DNA of 42,831 nucleotides. Origin: an uncultured Frankiaceae bacterium. GTDB taxonomy: Bacteria; Actinomycetota; Actinomycetes; BP-191. Position 1 is the stretch's first letter; each line of letters starts with the position of its first letter. The stretch spans positions 1-42,831 of the forward strand of contig CBQZLL010000001.1 in assembly GCA_967749945.1 (NCBI GenBank), given 5' to 3'. The position numbers and the translations under genes are program-made. The notes beneath the pieces were generated by a model. It did no database searches and had not been told where the DNA came from. It saw only the letters and a list, made by a program, of their open reading frames with translations. Below are positions 12,055-20,235 of this stretch, piece by piece.

Positions 12055-12672
12055 ATGTCGCGCCGGCTGGCCAGCGTCACGCTCGACAACCTCGACGACC
12101 TGCCGAGGCGCTGCCGCCGTTGCGTGTTCTGGGAGCTCGACCCGGTCGCGCGCGCCCGCGCGGAGGAGACCGGCGACACCGAGTTCGAGAAGGAGGCGTG
12201 GGTCAGCGCGACGCTGCTGGAGTGGGGCTCCTGCGGCAAGCTCGCCTACGTCGACGGCGTCCCGGCCGGCTACGTGATGTTCGCGCCGCCGGCGTACGTG
12301 CCGCGCGCGGTGGCGTTCCCGACCAGCCCGGTCAGCGCGGACGCGGTGCTGCTGATGACGGGGCACGTGCTGCCGGAGTTCACCGGCATGGGGCTCGGCC
12401 GGATGCTCGTCCAGGGCATCGCGAAGGACCTGATCCGGCGCGGGGTGAAGGCGGTGGAGGCGTTCGGGGACAAAGCATGGGACGCCCCGGCCTGTGTGCT
12501 CCCGGCCGACTACCTGCTCTCGGTGGGCTTCAAGACGGTCCGCCCGCACCCGCGGTACCCGCGGCTCCGGCTCGAGCTCAAGACGGTCGTGTCGTGGCGG
12601 GAGGACGTCGAGGTCGCCCTCGAACGCCTGCTCCAGTCGATGACGCCGGAGGGCGCACTCAGGCCGGTCTGA
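12055..12672 (+). CDS. GNAT-fold acetyltransferase-like protein (counterpart of the conserved gene next to parB, Rv3916c-like by position)
   Basis: 205-aa ORF. The FTGMGLGRMLVQGIAKDL segment resembles the acetyl-CoA binding Q/RxxGxG/A motif. Starts 5 nt after the preceding ORF. Confidence 0.6.
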   Translation: MSRRLASVTLDNLDDLPRRCRRCVFWELDPVARARAEETGDTEFEKEAWVSATLLEWGSCGKLAYVDGVPAGYVMFAPPAYVPRAVAFPTSPVSADAVLLMTGHVLPEFTGMGLGRMLVQGIAKDLIRRGVKAVEAFGDKAWDAPACVLPADYLLSVGFKTVRPHPRYPRLRLELKTVVSWREDVEVALERLLQSMTPEGALRPV

Positions 12673-13777
12673 CCAGCTCGGAGAGCTGGAGCTGGCCCGT
12701 CCCCGGGTCGTCGGCCGCGGGCAGGTAGAGCCGCTGCACCGCCGCGAACACCGCCTCCGCGATGGTGTCCCGGAACTCCGCCTCGGCGAGCCGGGCGGCG
12801 TCGTGCGCGTTGGTGACGTACCCGGCCTCGACCTGGACGGCGGGCATCCGGGTCAGCCGCAGCAGGTCCCAGGACCGCGGGTGCGACCGGCAGTCGACCA
12901 GGTCGGTCCGCGCGACGATCTCGCGCTGCACCAGATCGGCGAGCCGCTCGCCGGTCGCCGAGCCGCCGAAGTAGTACGTCGCGACGCCCTGGCAGCGCGG
13001 TGAGAGCGCGGCGTCGACGTGGACGGCGACGTAGAGGTCGGCCTCGGCGGCGTTCGCGAACCCGGCCCGGTCCTCGACGGGCACCGTCCCGTCGGTGCCC
13101 CTGGTCAGGAACGGCACCGCGCCGGCCGCCGCGAGCCGCCCTTCGAGACGGGCGGCGACGTCGTACGCGACGTCGGCCTCGGCCAGGCCGTGCCCGGCGA
13201 CGCCAGCGTCGGCACCGCCGTGCCCCGGGTCGACGATGATCGTCTTGCCCGCCAGGGCGGGTCCGGACCGGAACAACGCCTCGTGCTCGCGCATGTGGTC
13301 GACCCGCCCGCCGCGGACGGCGCGGCTGAGCTGGGCGACCGCGCGCTCCGTGCGCGGGCCGAAGACGCCGTCGGCCTTGAGCCCCATGTTGCGCTGGAAC
13401 TCGGTGAGCGCCGCGTCCGTGGCCTGCCCGAAGATCCCGTCGCACCGGCCGACGTCGAACCCGCGGTCACGCAGCCAGGTCTGCAGCGCGACGACGTCGT
13501 CGCCGACGAACGGGTGCCCGACGACCCGGTACAGCGTCCGGTCGCCGAGCGACCAGCGGGCGCCCTCCAAGGCGCGGTACGACTCGACGCCGACGATGCC
13601 GTCGGCCGCGAGGCCGCGCCGCTGCTGGAACGCGCGGACGGCGCGTTCGGTGGCGGCGTCGTACTCGACGCCGCCGATGTCGTCGGTGGACACGTCGGGC
13701 AGGAAGCCCAGGGCGTGCAGCAGCGCGCGGACCTCGGCGACCGCGGGACCGCGGTCACCGCGCCGGATCAGCTGCAT
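12659..13777 (-). CDS. cwlM: CwlM-type N-acetylmuramoyl-L-alanine amidase with two N-terminal peptidoglycan-binding domains
   Basis: 372-aa ORF with two PGBD_1-like repeats (GDRGPAVAEVRALLHALGF..., GDDVVALQTWLRDRGF...) followed by an Amidase_3 domain (IIVDPGHGG...VAVHVDA). Conserved position next to trxA. Confidence 0.88.
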   Translation of the reverse strand: MQLIRRGDRGPAVAEVRALLHALGFLPDVSTDDIGGVEYDAATERAVRAFQQRRGLAADGIVGVESYRALEGARWSLGDRTLYRVVGHPFVGDDVVALQTWLRDRGFDVGRCDGIFGQATDAALTEFQRNMGLKADGVFGPRTERAVAQLSRAVRGGRVDHMREHEALFRSGPALAGKTIIVDPGHGGADAGVAGHGLAEADVAYDVAARLEGRLAAAGAVPFLTRGTDGTVPVEDRAGFANAAEADLYVAVHVDAALSPRCQGVATYYFGGSATGERLADLVQREIVARTDLVDCRSHPRSWDLLRLTRMPAVQVEAGYVTNAHDAARLAEAEFRDTIAEAVFAAVQRLYLPAADDPGTGQLQLSELVRPA

Positions 13778-13822
13778 GCGAACGTTCCTCCAGGGATGGG
13801 TCCCTATTCATACCCCGTACAG

Positions 13823-13868
13823 CACACGGCCGGCCTCGTCACGGGGGAGAGACGAGACCGGCCGTGTG
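13823..13868 (-). terminator. Hairpin downstream of trxA
   Basis: cacacggccggcctcgtc (13823-13840) pairs with gacgagaccggccgtgtg (13851-13868), 17 of 18 bp with a 10-nt loop. It lies 20 nt past the trxA stop. No clear U-tract. Confidence 0.5.
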
Positions 13869-13888
13869 GTCGGTGGCCCAGGGCGCGG

Positions 13889-14221
13889 CTAGATGACGTC
13901 CTGGAGCAGGGTGAGGAGCTGCGGCTTCGAGCGGGCGCCGACGATCGTCTGGACGATCTCGCCGCCCTTGAAGACCGACATGGTCGGGATGGAGAGGATC
14001 TTGTAGTCGCGGGCGACCTGGGGGTTCTCGTCGATGTTGACCTTGACGACGGTGATCCGGTCGGGGTTCTCCGCCGCGATCTCCTCGAGGACGGGGGCGA
14101 CCATCTTGCACGGTCCGCACCACTCGGCCCAGAAGTCGACGAGCACCGGCTTGTCGCTCTGCAGGACGTCGGTCGCGAACGACGCGTCCGTCACGGTCTT
14201 GGTTGCGGTGGACGTGCTCAC
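13889..14221 (-). CDS. trxA: Thioredoxin
   Basis: The track ORF 13889..14329 is over-extended. GTG at 14221, preceded by GGAGAG, gives [43 protein letters not shown]... (110 aa) with the WCGPC active site. Confidence 0.93.
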   Translation of the reverse strand: MSTSTATKTVTDASFATDVLQSDKPVLVDFWAEWCGPCKMVAPVLEEIAAENPDRITVVKVNIDENPQVARDYKILSIPTMSVFKGGEIVQTIVGARSKPQLLTLLQDVI

Positions 14222-14327
14222 AGGCTGCTCTCCTCGCGGGTCGGGGTGACAGTCGCACCAACGCGCGACACCCCTGCCCGAATTCCGTCGCGGCGCACTG
14301 TACCCGAGCGTCCGTAGACTTCGCACC

Positions 14328-14654
14328 ATGGGTCGCCCAGGTCGTTACACGCTCTCGGTCATGGCCTGGGTCGCGGCCTACGCCGGCTGGTCCAGTCTGG
14401 TCGGTCTCATCGTCGCCGCAGCGACCGGCGACCGGCCACGGACGCTGTCCGTCGGGGCGTCGGTCGCGTTCACCGTGATCGGTCCGATCGTGCCGACGCT
14501 GGTGGCGTTGTGGTTCAACGACTGGGCCCGCGACGGCTTCCCCGCGCGCGAGCAGCGGTCCTCTACTCGCGGCACCGAGGCCCCCGTCCGCCCCACCTCC
14601 GAGACCGAGAACCCCCCGGAGTTCCCGGTCGCTCCGCTAGTGCGCGACCGCTGA
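14328..14654 (+). CDS. Hypothetical small membrane protein (two predicted TM helices)
   Basis: 108-aa ORF that fills the gap between trxB and trxA on the opposite strand. Third-position G/C enrichment is strong by inspection. Hydrophobic segments are [19 protein letters not shown] and [22 protein letters not shown]. No obvious Shine-Dalgarno. The 3' end overlaps the trxB 3' end by 18 nt. Confidence 0.45.
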   Translation: MGRPGRYTLSVMAWVAAYAGWSSLVGLIVAAATGDRPRTLSVGASVAFTVIGPIVPTLVALWFNDWARDGFPAREQRSSTRGTEAPVRPTSETENPPEFPVAPLVRDR

Positions 14655-15578
14655 CTCGCGGAGCGCCAGGTACTTCTCGGCGTCGAGCGCGGCGGCGCAG
14701 CCGGTGCCGGCCGCGGTGACGGCCTGCTTGTAGACGCGGTCGGCGACGTCACCGCAGGCGAAGACGCCGGGCAGGCTGGTCCGGGTCGAGGGGGAGTCGA
14801 CGACGACGTAGCCGTCGGCGTCGAGGTCGAGCTGGCCGGTGAAGAGCTCGGTGTTCGGGGTGTGGCCGATCGCGACGAACAGGCCGGTGACCGGCAGCGT
14901 CGTGACGGCCCCGTCCACCGTCGAGGTCAAGACGACCCCTTCGACCTGGGCGTCGCCGAGGACGTCGGTGACCGTGGTGTTCCAGATGAAGCGGACCTTG
15001 TCGTTCGCGAACGCCCGGTCCTGCATGATCTTGCTGGCGCGCAACGCATCCCGGCGGTGCAGGACGGTCACCGACTTGGCGAACTTGGTGAGGAACGTCG
15101 CCTCCTCCATCGCCGAGTCGCCGCCGCCGACCACCGCGATGTCCTGGTCGCGGAAGAAGAACCCGTCGCAGGTCGCACACGACGACGCGCCATGGCCGAT
15201 GAGGCGCTGTTCGTTGGGGAGGCCGAGCCAGTTGGCGCGGGCGCCGGTCGAGATGACCGCGGTGTGCGCGGCGTGCTCGGTCTCGCCGATCCAGACCCGC
15301 TTGACGTCGCCGGTGAGCTCGACGCGGGTGACGTCGTCGGTGATGAACTCGGCGCCGAAGCGTTCGGCCTGCTTGCGCATGGCGTCCATGAGCTCGGGCC
15401 CCATGATCCCGTCGGGGAACCCGGGGTAGTTCTCGACGTCGGTCGTGAGCATGAGCTGCCCGCCGGCGCCGATGCCCTCGATGACGAGCGGTCGCAGGTC
15501 GGCGCGCGCGGCGTACAGCGCAGCGGTCAGCCCGGCGGGGCCCGAGCCGATGACGACGACCTCGCGGATGGCGTTCAA
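14637..15578 (-). CDS. trxB: Thioredoxin-disulfide reductase
   Basis: 313-aa ORF with [18 protein letters not shown] (FAD-binding), the CATCDG redox-active site and [10 protein letters not shown] (NADPH-binding). TTG start at 15578 is preceded by GAAAGGG. Confidence 0.95.
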   Translation of the reverse strand: MNAIREVVVIGSGPAGLTAALYAARADLRPLVIEGIGAGGQLMLTTDVENYPGFPDGIMGPELMDAMRKQAERFGAEFITDDVTRVELTGDVKRVWIGETEHAAHTAVISTGARANWLGLPNEQRLIGHGASSCATCDGFFFRDQDIAVVGGGDSAMEEATFLTKFAKSVTVLHRRDALRASKIMQDRAFANDKVRFIWNTTVTDVLGDAQVEGVVLTSTVDGAVTTLPVTGLFVAIGHTPNTELFTGQLDLDADGYVVVDSPSTRTSLPGVFACGDVADRVYKQAVTAAGTGCAAALDAEKYLALRESAVAH

Positions 15579-15649
15579 CTGATGCCCTTTCGACGACCTG
15601 GGAGGAACGTCATCGTAGCGGCGCGGATTCCCGCATTCCGCGTGCGACG

Positions 15650-16183
15650 ATGCCGCGCATGGTCGACGACAGTGCCGCGCTGCGCTGCGCGGTGCACCCG
15701 GCGTTGCCCGCCGTCGACACCTGCCCGGTCGGCTCCCGGCCTCGGTGCGCGGCCGACGCCGTCGCGGCGCCCGGCGGCGGGTGCCTCGCCTGCGAGGGCC
15801 GCCGCGTTCCGCCTGGCCCGCCGCCGCTGAACCTGCGCGCGATCGTCGGCGCGGCCTGCCTGTCGGGGATCGTTGCCGTGCCCGCGGGGTTGGTGTCGTC
15901 GGAGTACGTCGGTGCGGGCTTCGTCGGCTGGGTCGTCCCGGTCTTCGTCGGGGTCGTCGTGTCGATCGCCGCCGAGGCGGGGGCGCGGGCGCGCCGGGGC
16001 CGTGCGCTGCGGTTCCTCGCGGCGGGGTACTCGGTGCTCGCCATCGCGATCGGCCTGGCCAACCCGCGGGCCGCGGGCAGTCCGTTCACGCCGGTGGGGC
16101 GGGTGGTCGGGCTGTACGCTGTCGCGGTCGCTGCGTCGTGGCTGTGGACCGCGCCGCCGCGCGTGGTGCACCGCGACGACTAG
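15650..16183 (+). CDS. Hypothetical membrane protein with a Cys-rich N-terminal segment
   Basis: 177-aa ORF with strong third-position G/C bias. The N-terminus carries CAVHP..DTCP..PRCAADA..GGCLAC (five Cys, zinc-ribbon/B-box-like spacing), followed by about four hydrophobic helices. Confidence 0.55.
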   Translation: MPRMVDDSAALRCAVHPALPAVDTCPVGSRPRCAADAVAAPGGGCLACEGRRVPPGPPPLNLRAIVGAACLSGIVAVPAGLVSSEYVGAGFVGWVVPVFVGVVVSIAAEAGARARRGRALRFLAAGYSVLAIAIGLANPRAAGSPFTPVGRVVGLYAVAVAASWLWTAPPRVVHRDD

Positions 16184-17085
16184 AGACCCGCGGGCCGCGG
16201 GATCCGTTCGAAGTCGAGGAAGTCGTCGTCGCCCGCGGTGATGCCGCAGCGCGGCCCCGCCACGAACACGTCGATCCGGTCGTCGCGCACGTCGCCCTGG
16301 GACACCGTCGGGAACGCCACGAGCACCGCCGGCTGCCCGGCGAACGTCGCGAAGTCCACGACGAGCGGCATCCGGGCCTCGACGGGGGTGTCGGCGGCGA
16401 GCCCGGCGGAGAGCGCCTCGACGCACGCGGCGAGCCGGCCGCTGTCCTGTTCGATCACCTCGAGCGCGTTGCGCTGCGTGGTGAGCTCCCTGCTCGTCAC
16501 CGCCAACTCGGAGGCCGCGGGGGCCGTGGGGACTGGCGAGACGGCGCCCGGGACCGCGCCGCCGCCCGCGAGCGGCGCGCTGCCTGCGGTGTCGCCCACG
16601 TCTTTCGTCTTGCCGCCGAGAGCTTGGGTGAGCGTCGCGCCGAGAGTGCCCCGCTTGTAGTCGAGGCCGGAGGAGAGCCGCCGGGTCGTCGCGTTGGTGC
16701 GGCCGGCCTCGGTGGACGGCTTGTCCGAGCCGCCGGTGACGAGCGGGACGCCGATGGCGGCGACGAGCGCGAGCCCGGCCGCGACGGCGGCGATGCCCGC
16801 GAACGACGGCCGCCGCCGCTTGGGCGCGAGCGGCGCGACTGTCGCGAGCGGGGTGGCGCGTTCCGCGGCGAGCGCCGCGTCCACCCGGGACGCGACGTCG
16901 GCGGGCATGACCGGGCGGTCGAGCGCGGTGAGCGCGGCGGTGGCGTTGGTGATCGCGTCGACGTCGGAACGGCAGTCCGCGCAGAGGACGAGGTGCGTCT
17001 CGACCGCGACCGAGGCGGTCGGGTCGAGGTCGCCCGCGGCATACGCCGCGAGGTCGTCGACGGGGACGTGCTGCTGCGCGTTCAT
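16180..17085 (-). CDS. Membrane-spanning anti-sigma factor with HxxxCxxC (ZAS) motif
   Basis: The track ORF 16180..17568 is over-extended. ATG at 17085 overlaps the sigma-factor stop (ATGA). The N-terminus MNAQQHVPVDDLAAYAAGDLDPTASVAVETHLVLCADC carries H-x3-C-x2-C. One TM segment (FAGIAAVAAGLALVAAIGVPLV) is followed by an extracytoplasmic domain. Confidence 0.8.
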   Translation of the reverse strand: MNAQQHVPVDDLAAYAAGDLDPTASVAVETHLVLCADCRSDVDAITNATAALTALDRPVMPADVASRVDAALAAERATPLATVAPLAPKRRRPSFAGIAAVAAGLALVAAIGVPLVTGGSDKPSTEAGRTNATTRRLSSGLDYKRGTLGATLTQALGGKTKDVGDTAGSAPLAGGGAVPGAVSPVPTAPAASELAVTSRELTTQRNALEVIEQDSGRLAACVEALSAGLAADTPVEARMPLVVDFATFAGQPAVLVAFPTVSQGDVRDDRIDVFVAGPRCGITAGDDDFLDFERIPRPAGL

Positions 17086-17666
17086 CGTTGGTCCGACGCG
17101 GTGGGGAACGGGGAGGTTCCCCGGCCAGGGCGGAGGTAGCCGAGCAGCTCGGCGAGCTGGACCCGGCCGCGGTGGCAGCGGCTCTTGACGGTGCCGACCG
17201 CGACGTCGAGCACTTCGGCGGCCTCCTCCACGGAGTACCCCTCGAGGTCGACGAGCACGATCGCCGCGCGCTGGTCCGGCGTGATGCGGGTGAGTGCGGC
17301 GACGACGTCGCGGCCGAGGTCGAGGCGCCCGATCGGGTCGGCCGGGTCGGCGACCGCCGCGGCGCCCTCGTCGAGCGGCGCTGTCGGCCGGGATCGCGAC
17401 CGACGCATGAGGTCGAGGCAGGCGTTCACGACGATGCGGTGCAGCCAGGTCGTGAACAGTGCGTCCCCGCGGAACGACCCCACCGTCCGGTACGCCTTGA
17501 CGAAGGCGTCCTGCACCGCGTCCGCCGCGTCCGCCGGGTCGCCGGTGGTGCGCAGGGCGACCGCCCACGCGCGGTCGCGGTGGCGGGCCACGAGGACGCC
17601 GAACGCCGCCGGGTCGCCGTCGGCGTGCCGGGCGAGCAGGTCGGTGTCGGAGAGGTCTTCCAGCAT
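17082..17666 (-). CDS. sigM: ECF-type RNA polymerase sigma factor (SigM-like by position)
   Basis: The track ORF 17082..19049 is over-extended. ATG at 17666 gives MLEDLSDTDLLARHADGDPAAFGVLVARHRDRAWAVALR...DAVQDAFVKAY...TWLHRIVVNACLD (region 2) and ...GYSVEEAAEVLDVAVGTVKSRCHRGR (region 4). 194 aa. Confidence 0.88.
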   Translation of the reverse strand: MLEDLSDTDLLARHADGDPAAFGVLVARHRDRAWAVALRTTGDPADAADAVQDAFVKAYRTVGSFRGDALFTTWLHRIVVNACLDLMRRSRSRPTAPLDEGAAAVADPADPIGRLDLGRDVVAALTRITPDQRAAIVLVDLEGYSVEEAAEVLDVAVGTVKSRCHRGRVQLAELLGYLRPGRGTSPFPTASDQR

Positions 17667-17692
17667 CGCGGGCCTGAGCGTAGTCCGGGCTC

Positions 17693-19141
17693 CTACTGGA
17701 AGAAGCCGAGCTCGGCGATGGCGGCGCCGTACTTGTTGTCGCCGGTCTGCACGAGGCGGGTGATCCAGACGACCCAGTAGCGCGAGCTCGTTCCGGGCGT
17801 GGGCCGCAGCGTCACCGGAACCTTGACGTCGGTCGCCGCCGCGACGAGCGGGACGGCCGCGATGTCGCGCGTCACGGTGTCCGCCGCCCGCAGCTCGACC
17901 GACTCGCCGGGCTGCGCGAACGCCACCACGACGCGGTCGAACGTCGTCGGCTTCCCGAAGTCCACGAGGAGGCCAACCCCTGGCTTGAGGTTCCCGAACG
18001 CCGGCGAGTTGTAGTACGTCGTCGTGTGCCATGCGTCCGTGGGATCGGCGTTGTAGGCGAGACCGACTTCGTTGTGGTTCTCCTCGCCGTCGCCCTGCGG
18101 GTCGAAGTCGCGGACCGCGACCGGCGCGATCGGCGTGCCGGGGGCGGCGCTGCCCTGCGGCTGCGCGGAGACCTGCGGGCCGAGCCCGGGCAGCTTGGTG
18201 ACCAGGCCGGGAACGCGGCCGACGGCCAGGCCGGCGAGCGCGCCCGCGACGCCGACGGCCGCGACGAGGGCGAGCGGTACGCCGGTCCGCAGCCAGCGCC
18301 GCGGCTTGCGCGGCTCGTCGTCGACCGGCAGCGCGCGGGTCGTCGTCCCGCCGCCCTCGCCGGGCAACGGCGCGAGCGCCGCGACGAGCTCGGCGGCCGT
18401 CGTGATCGGTGTCGACTTGCGGAGCACCTCGGGCAGCAGGGTGCGGACGACGACGGCGTCGACCTCGCGCGGCACGCCCGCGCGGACCTGGCGCGGCGCG
18501 AGCAGGCGGCCCTCGGCGTACGGCGCGCGGGGCAGGTCGCGTTCCGCGCCGGAGACCGAACGCCCGGTGAGGCAGGCGTAGAGGATCGCGGCGACGGCGC
18601 GGGTGTCGCGCAGCTCGTCGGGGAGGTCGAGGTCGGAGACGGCGTCCGGGCGGCTCGCCGCCGCGACCTCGAAGTCGGTGACCTTGACCGCGCCGTCGGG
18701 GCAGACGATGACGTTGTGCGCGGAGAGGCCGCGGTGGTGGACGCCGCGCGCGTGGGCGTACGCCACGGTCTCCGCGACCTGCGCGGCGACCGTCGTGGCG
18801 CGGGGCGCGGACAGCGGGCCGTCGCGGAGGACGTCGGCCAGCGCGCTGCCCTCGACCCACTCCTCGACGACGTAGGTGAGCCCGCCTTCCTCGGCGGCGT
18901 CGAACACGCTCGCGATCCGCGGGTGGGTGAGCCGCCCGGCCGCGACCGCCGCATCGAGGAACGACGCCGTGCCGCCGGCCAGGCGTTCGGGCGCGTCGAG
19001 GATCTTCACGGCGACCGGGCGGGCCAGGATCTCGTCGAGGCCGCGCCACGTCGTCGTGCAGTCGCGAGGCGCGACGACGCGCTGCAGCCGGTAGCGCCCG
19101 CCGAGCAGCGTCTCAGGCGCCGCCGTCAGCCCCTCGCTCAC
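17693..19141 (-). CDS. Stand-alone MviN-type pseudokinase: degenerate Ser/Thr kinase domain, one TM, extracellular carbohydrate-binding-like domain
   Basis: 482-aa ORF with a kinase-like fold. VAVKIL is retained, but there is no Gly-rich loop, the catalytic loop reads HRGLSAHN rather than HRDLKPxN, and DFE replaces DFG. A TM segment (GVPLALVAAVGVAGALAGLAV) precedes a C-terminal beta-rich domain (NHNEVGLAYNADPTDAWHTTTY...YWVVWIT). Confidence 0.8.
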   Translation of the reverse strand: MSEGLTAAPETLLGGRYRLQRVVAPRDCTTTWRGLDEILARPVAVKILDAPERLAGGTASFLDAAVAAGRLTHPRIASVFDAAEEGGLTYVVEEWVEGSALADVLRDGPLSAPRATTVAAQVAETVAYAHARGVHHRGLSAHNVIVCPDGAVKVTDFEVAAASRPDAVSDLDLPDELRDTRAVAAILYACLTGRSVSGAERDLPRAPYAEGRLLAPRQVRAGVPREVDAVVVRTLLPEVLRKSTPITTAAELVAALAPLPGEGGGTTTRALPVDDEPRKPRRWLRTGVPLALVAAVGVAGALAGLAVGRVPGLVTKLPGLGPQVSAQPQGSAAPGTPIAPVAVRDFDPQGDGEENHNEVGLAYNADPTDAWHTTTYYNSPAFGNLKPGVGLLVDFGKPTTFDRVVVAFAQPGESVELRAADTVTRDIAAVPLVAAATDVKVPVTLRPTPGTSSRYWVVWITRLVQTGDNKYGAAIAELGFFQ

Positions 19142-19154
19142 GGATTCATGCTAC

Positions 19155-19184
19155 GGGCCCGGACCCCCGAGGGAGTCCGGGCCC
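19155..19184 (-). terminator. Hairpin downstream of the NlpC/P60 gene
   Basis: gggcccggac (19155-19164) and gtccgggccc (19175-19184) form a perfect 10-bp stem with a 10-nt loop, about 19 nt past the stop at 19203. Confidence 0.55.
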
Positions 19185-19202
19185 GCCGTGCGGCGCGTCG
19201 GG

Positions 19203-19952
19203 TCAGGCGACGCGGCCGACGTAGTAGCTCGACGACCAGATCGGCGCCTTGCGGACGTGGTCGCCGGGCTTCGGCGAATGCCAGAAGTAGCCGTTCCCTG
19301 CGTAGATGCCGACGTGGTAGATGCCGCCCGATCCGTAGATGAAGATCAGGTCGCCGATCTGCCGCGACGACTTCGCGATGTGCCGGACGGTGCTGTACTG
19401 CTGCCCGGAGTTGTGCGGCAGCGTCTTGCCGAACCGGGACCAGACGTACTTGGTGAAACCGGAGCAGTCGAATCGGTCGGGGCCGATGGCGCCGTACACG
19501 TACGGCTGGCCCTGGTGGCGGGACGCCTCGGTGACCGCACGCGATCCGATCGCTGAGGCAGCGGTCACGAGCGCTCCGCCGCTCTTGCTCGGGGCGTACC
19601 CGGCGGTGCCGGCGAACTTGGCGAGGACGTACGTCGACCGCTGGACCGTGAACGCGACCGACCCGTGGCCCTGCGGGTCGAGCGTACGGGTCCACGAGTG
19701 CGTCCAGGTCGTCGTCGACGTCGACCTGGTGTACACCTCGACCGTCCGGCCGCCGAGGTGGGCCGACCCGCTCGTGAGGGTGAACGCGAACGTCACCCCG
19801 GACCCGACGGACTTGGTGACCCGGTACGGGCCGATGGTGAGCGTGGTGCCGGCGGGCTCGGTGGCGTGGGCCGCGGCAGGCGCGGCGGCGACGGTGAGCC
19901 CGGCGGCGAGCGCCACGAGCGCATGGCGCAGCCAGGTATGGCGAACAGGCAT
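19203..19952 (-). CDS. Secreted NlpC/P60-family peptidoglycan endopeptidase
   Basis: ATG at 19952 (the track lists GTG 19973) gives the signal peptide MPVRHTWLRHALVALAAGLTVAAAPAAAHA. The C-terminal NlpC/P60 domain carries the catalytic Cys in YVYGAIGPDRFDCSGFTKYVW and the His in GIYHVGIYAG. Confidence 0.88.
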   Translation of the reverse strand: MPVRHTWLRHALVALAAGLTVAAAPAAAHATEPAGTTLTIGPYRVTKSVGSGVTFAFTLTSGSAHLGGRTVEVYTRSTSTTTWTHSWTRTLDPQGHGSVAFTVQRSTYVLAKFAGTAGYAPSKSGGALVTAASAIGSRAVTEASRHQGQPYVYGAIGPDRFDCSGFTKYVWSRFGKTLPHNSGQQYSTVRHIAKSSRQIGDLIFIYGSGGIYHVGIYAGNGYFWHSPKPGDHVRKAPIWSSSYYVGRVA

Positions 19953-19967
19953 GCGGAACGAATCCCT

Positions 19968-20128
19968 TCCCACACGCCTGCGAGGTGAGCTGTCGGGTTC
20001 GGGCTGGAAGGTGCCCGGCCGGTCCGTGGACCGGCTTCACCCCAAGGCCGTGGTACTCGCGGCCGTGGAACCTGTGGGTTCCCCGCTCCTGCCCCAGTCA
20101 TGGTGGTGAATCGGCGGGCGCCCGGCGG
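19968..20128 (-). promoter_or_regulatory. ydaO-type cyclic-di-AMP riboswitch in the 5' leader of the NlpC/P60 gene
   Basis: The minus-strand RNA carries the conserved ydaO blocks in the right order: GAGCGGGGAACCCA (20088-20075), GGGGUGAAGCC (20043-20033) and CCCGAACCCGACAGCUCACCUCGCAGGCGU (20003-19974). GGGAAGGGA and the ATG at 19952 follow immediately. GC-rich helices lie between the blocks. Confidence 0.8.
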
Positions 20129-20191
20129 GTCGGGGGGCAGGACTCGGCGTTCCGGCCCGGGCGTCTGGGAGGTGCCTCAGGTACGAGGCGG

Positions 20192-20222
20192 CCCCGGAGC
20201 ACGGTACGGAAGGGCTCCGGGG
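20192..20222 (-). terminator. Hairpin downstream of the RipA-like gene
   Basis: ccccggagc (20192-20200) and gctccgggg (20214-20222) form a 9-bp stem with a 13-nt loop, 14 nt past the stop at 20236 and upstream of the riboswitch. Confidence 0.5.
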
Positions 20223-20235
20223 AAGTCCAGTCGCC

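Noticed and set aside
11541-12239. N-terminal extension of the aminotransferase to 665 aa
   Set aside because: The extension is Arg/Pro/Ala-rich nonsense and runs antisense to the 11591-12049 and 12055-12672 ORFs. Aminotransferase similarity begins only at the GTG at 11540.
12355-12375. Additional CACGTG cores (for example at 12365 and 38066) checked as possible extra parS sites
   Set aside because: The flanks do not match GTTTCAC/GTGAAAC. Only the site at 7147-7162 qualifies.
14222-14329. N-terminal extension of trxA to 146 aa (track ORF 13889..14329)
   Set aside because: The extension has many A/T-ending codons, unlike the rest of the gene. A GGAGAG Shine-Dalgarno precedes the internal GTG at 14221, which yields a normal 110-aa thioredoxin.
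17767-17793. ECF-like promoter motif GGAAC-n18-CGTC on the minus strand, about 100 nt upstream of the sigma-factor start and inside the pseudokinase 3' end
   Set aside because: The motif is short and degenerate and expected by chance in this GC-rich sequence. I cannot verify the SigM consensus or spacing without data. Noted only as a place to look for a transcription start.
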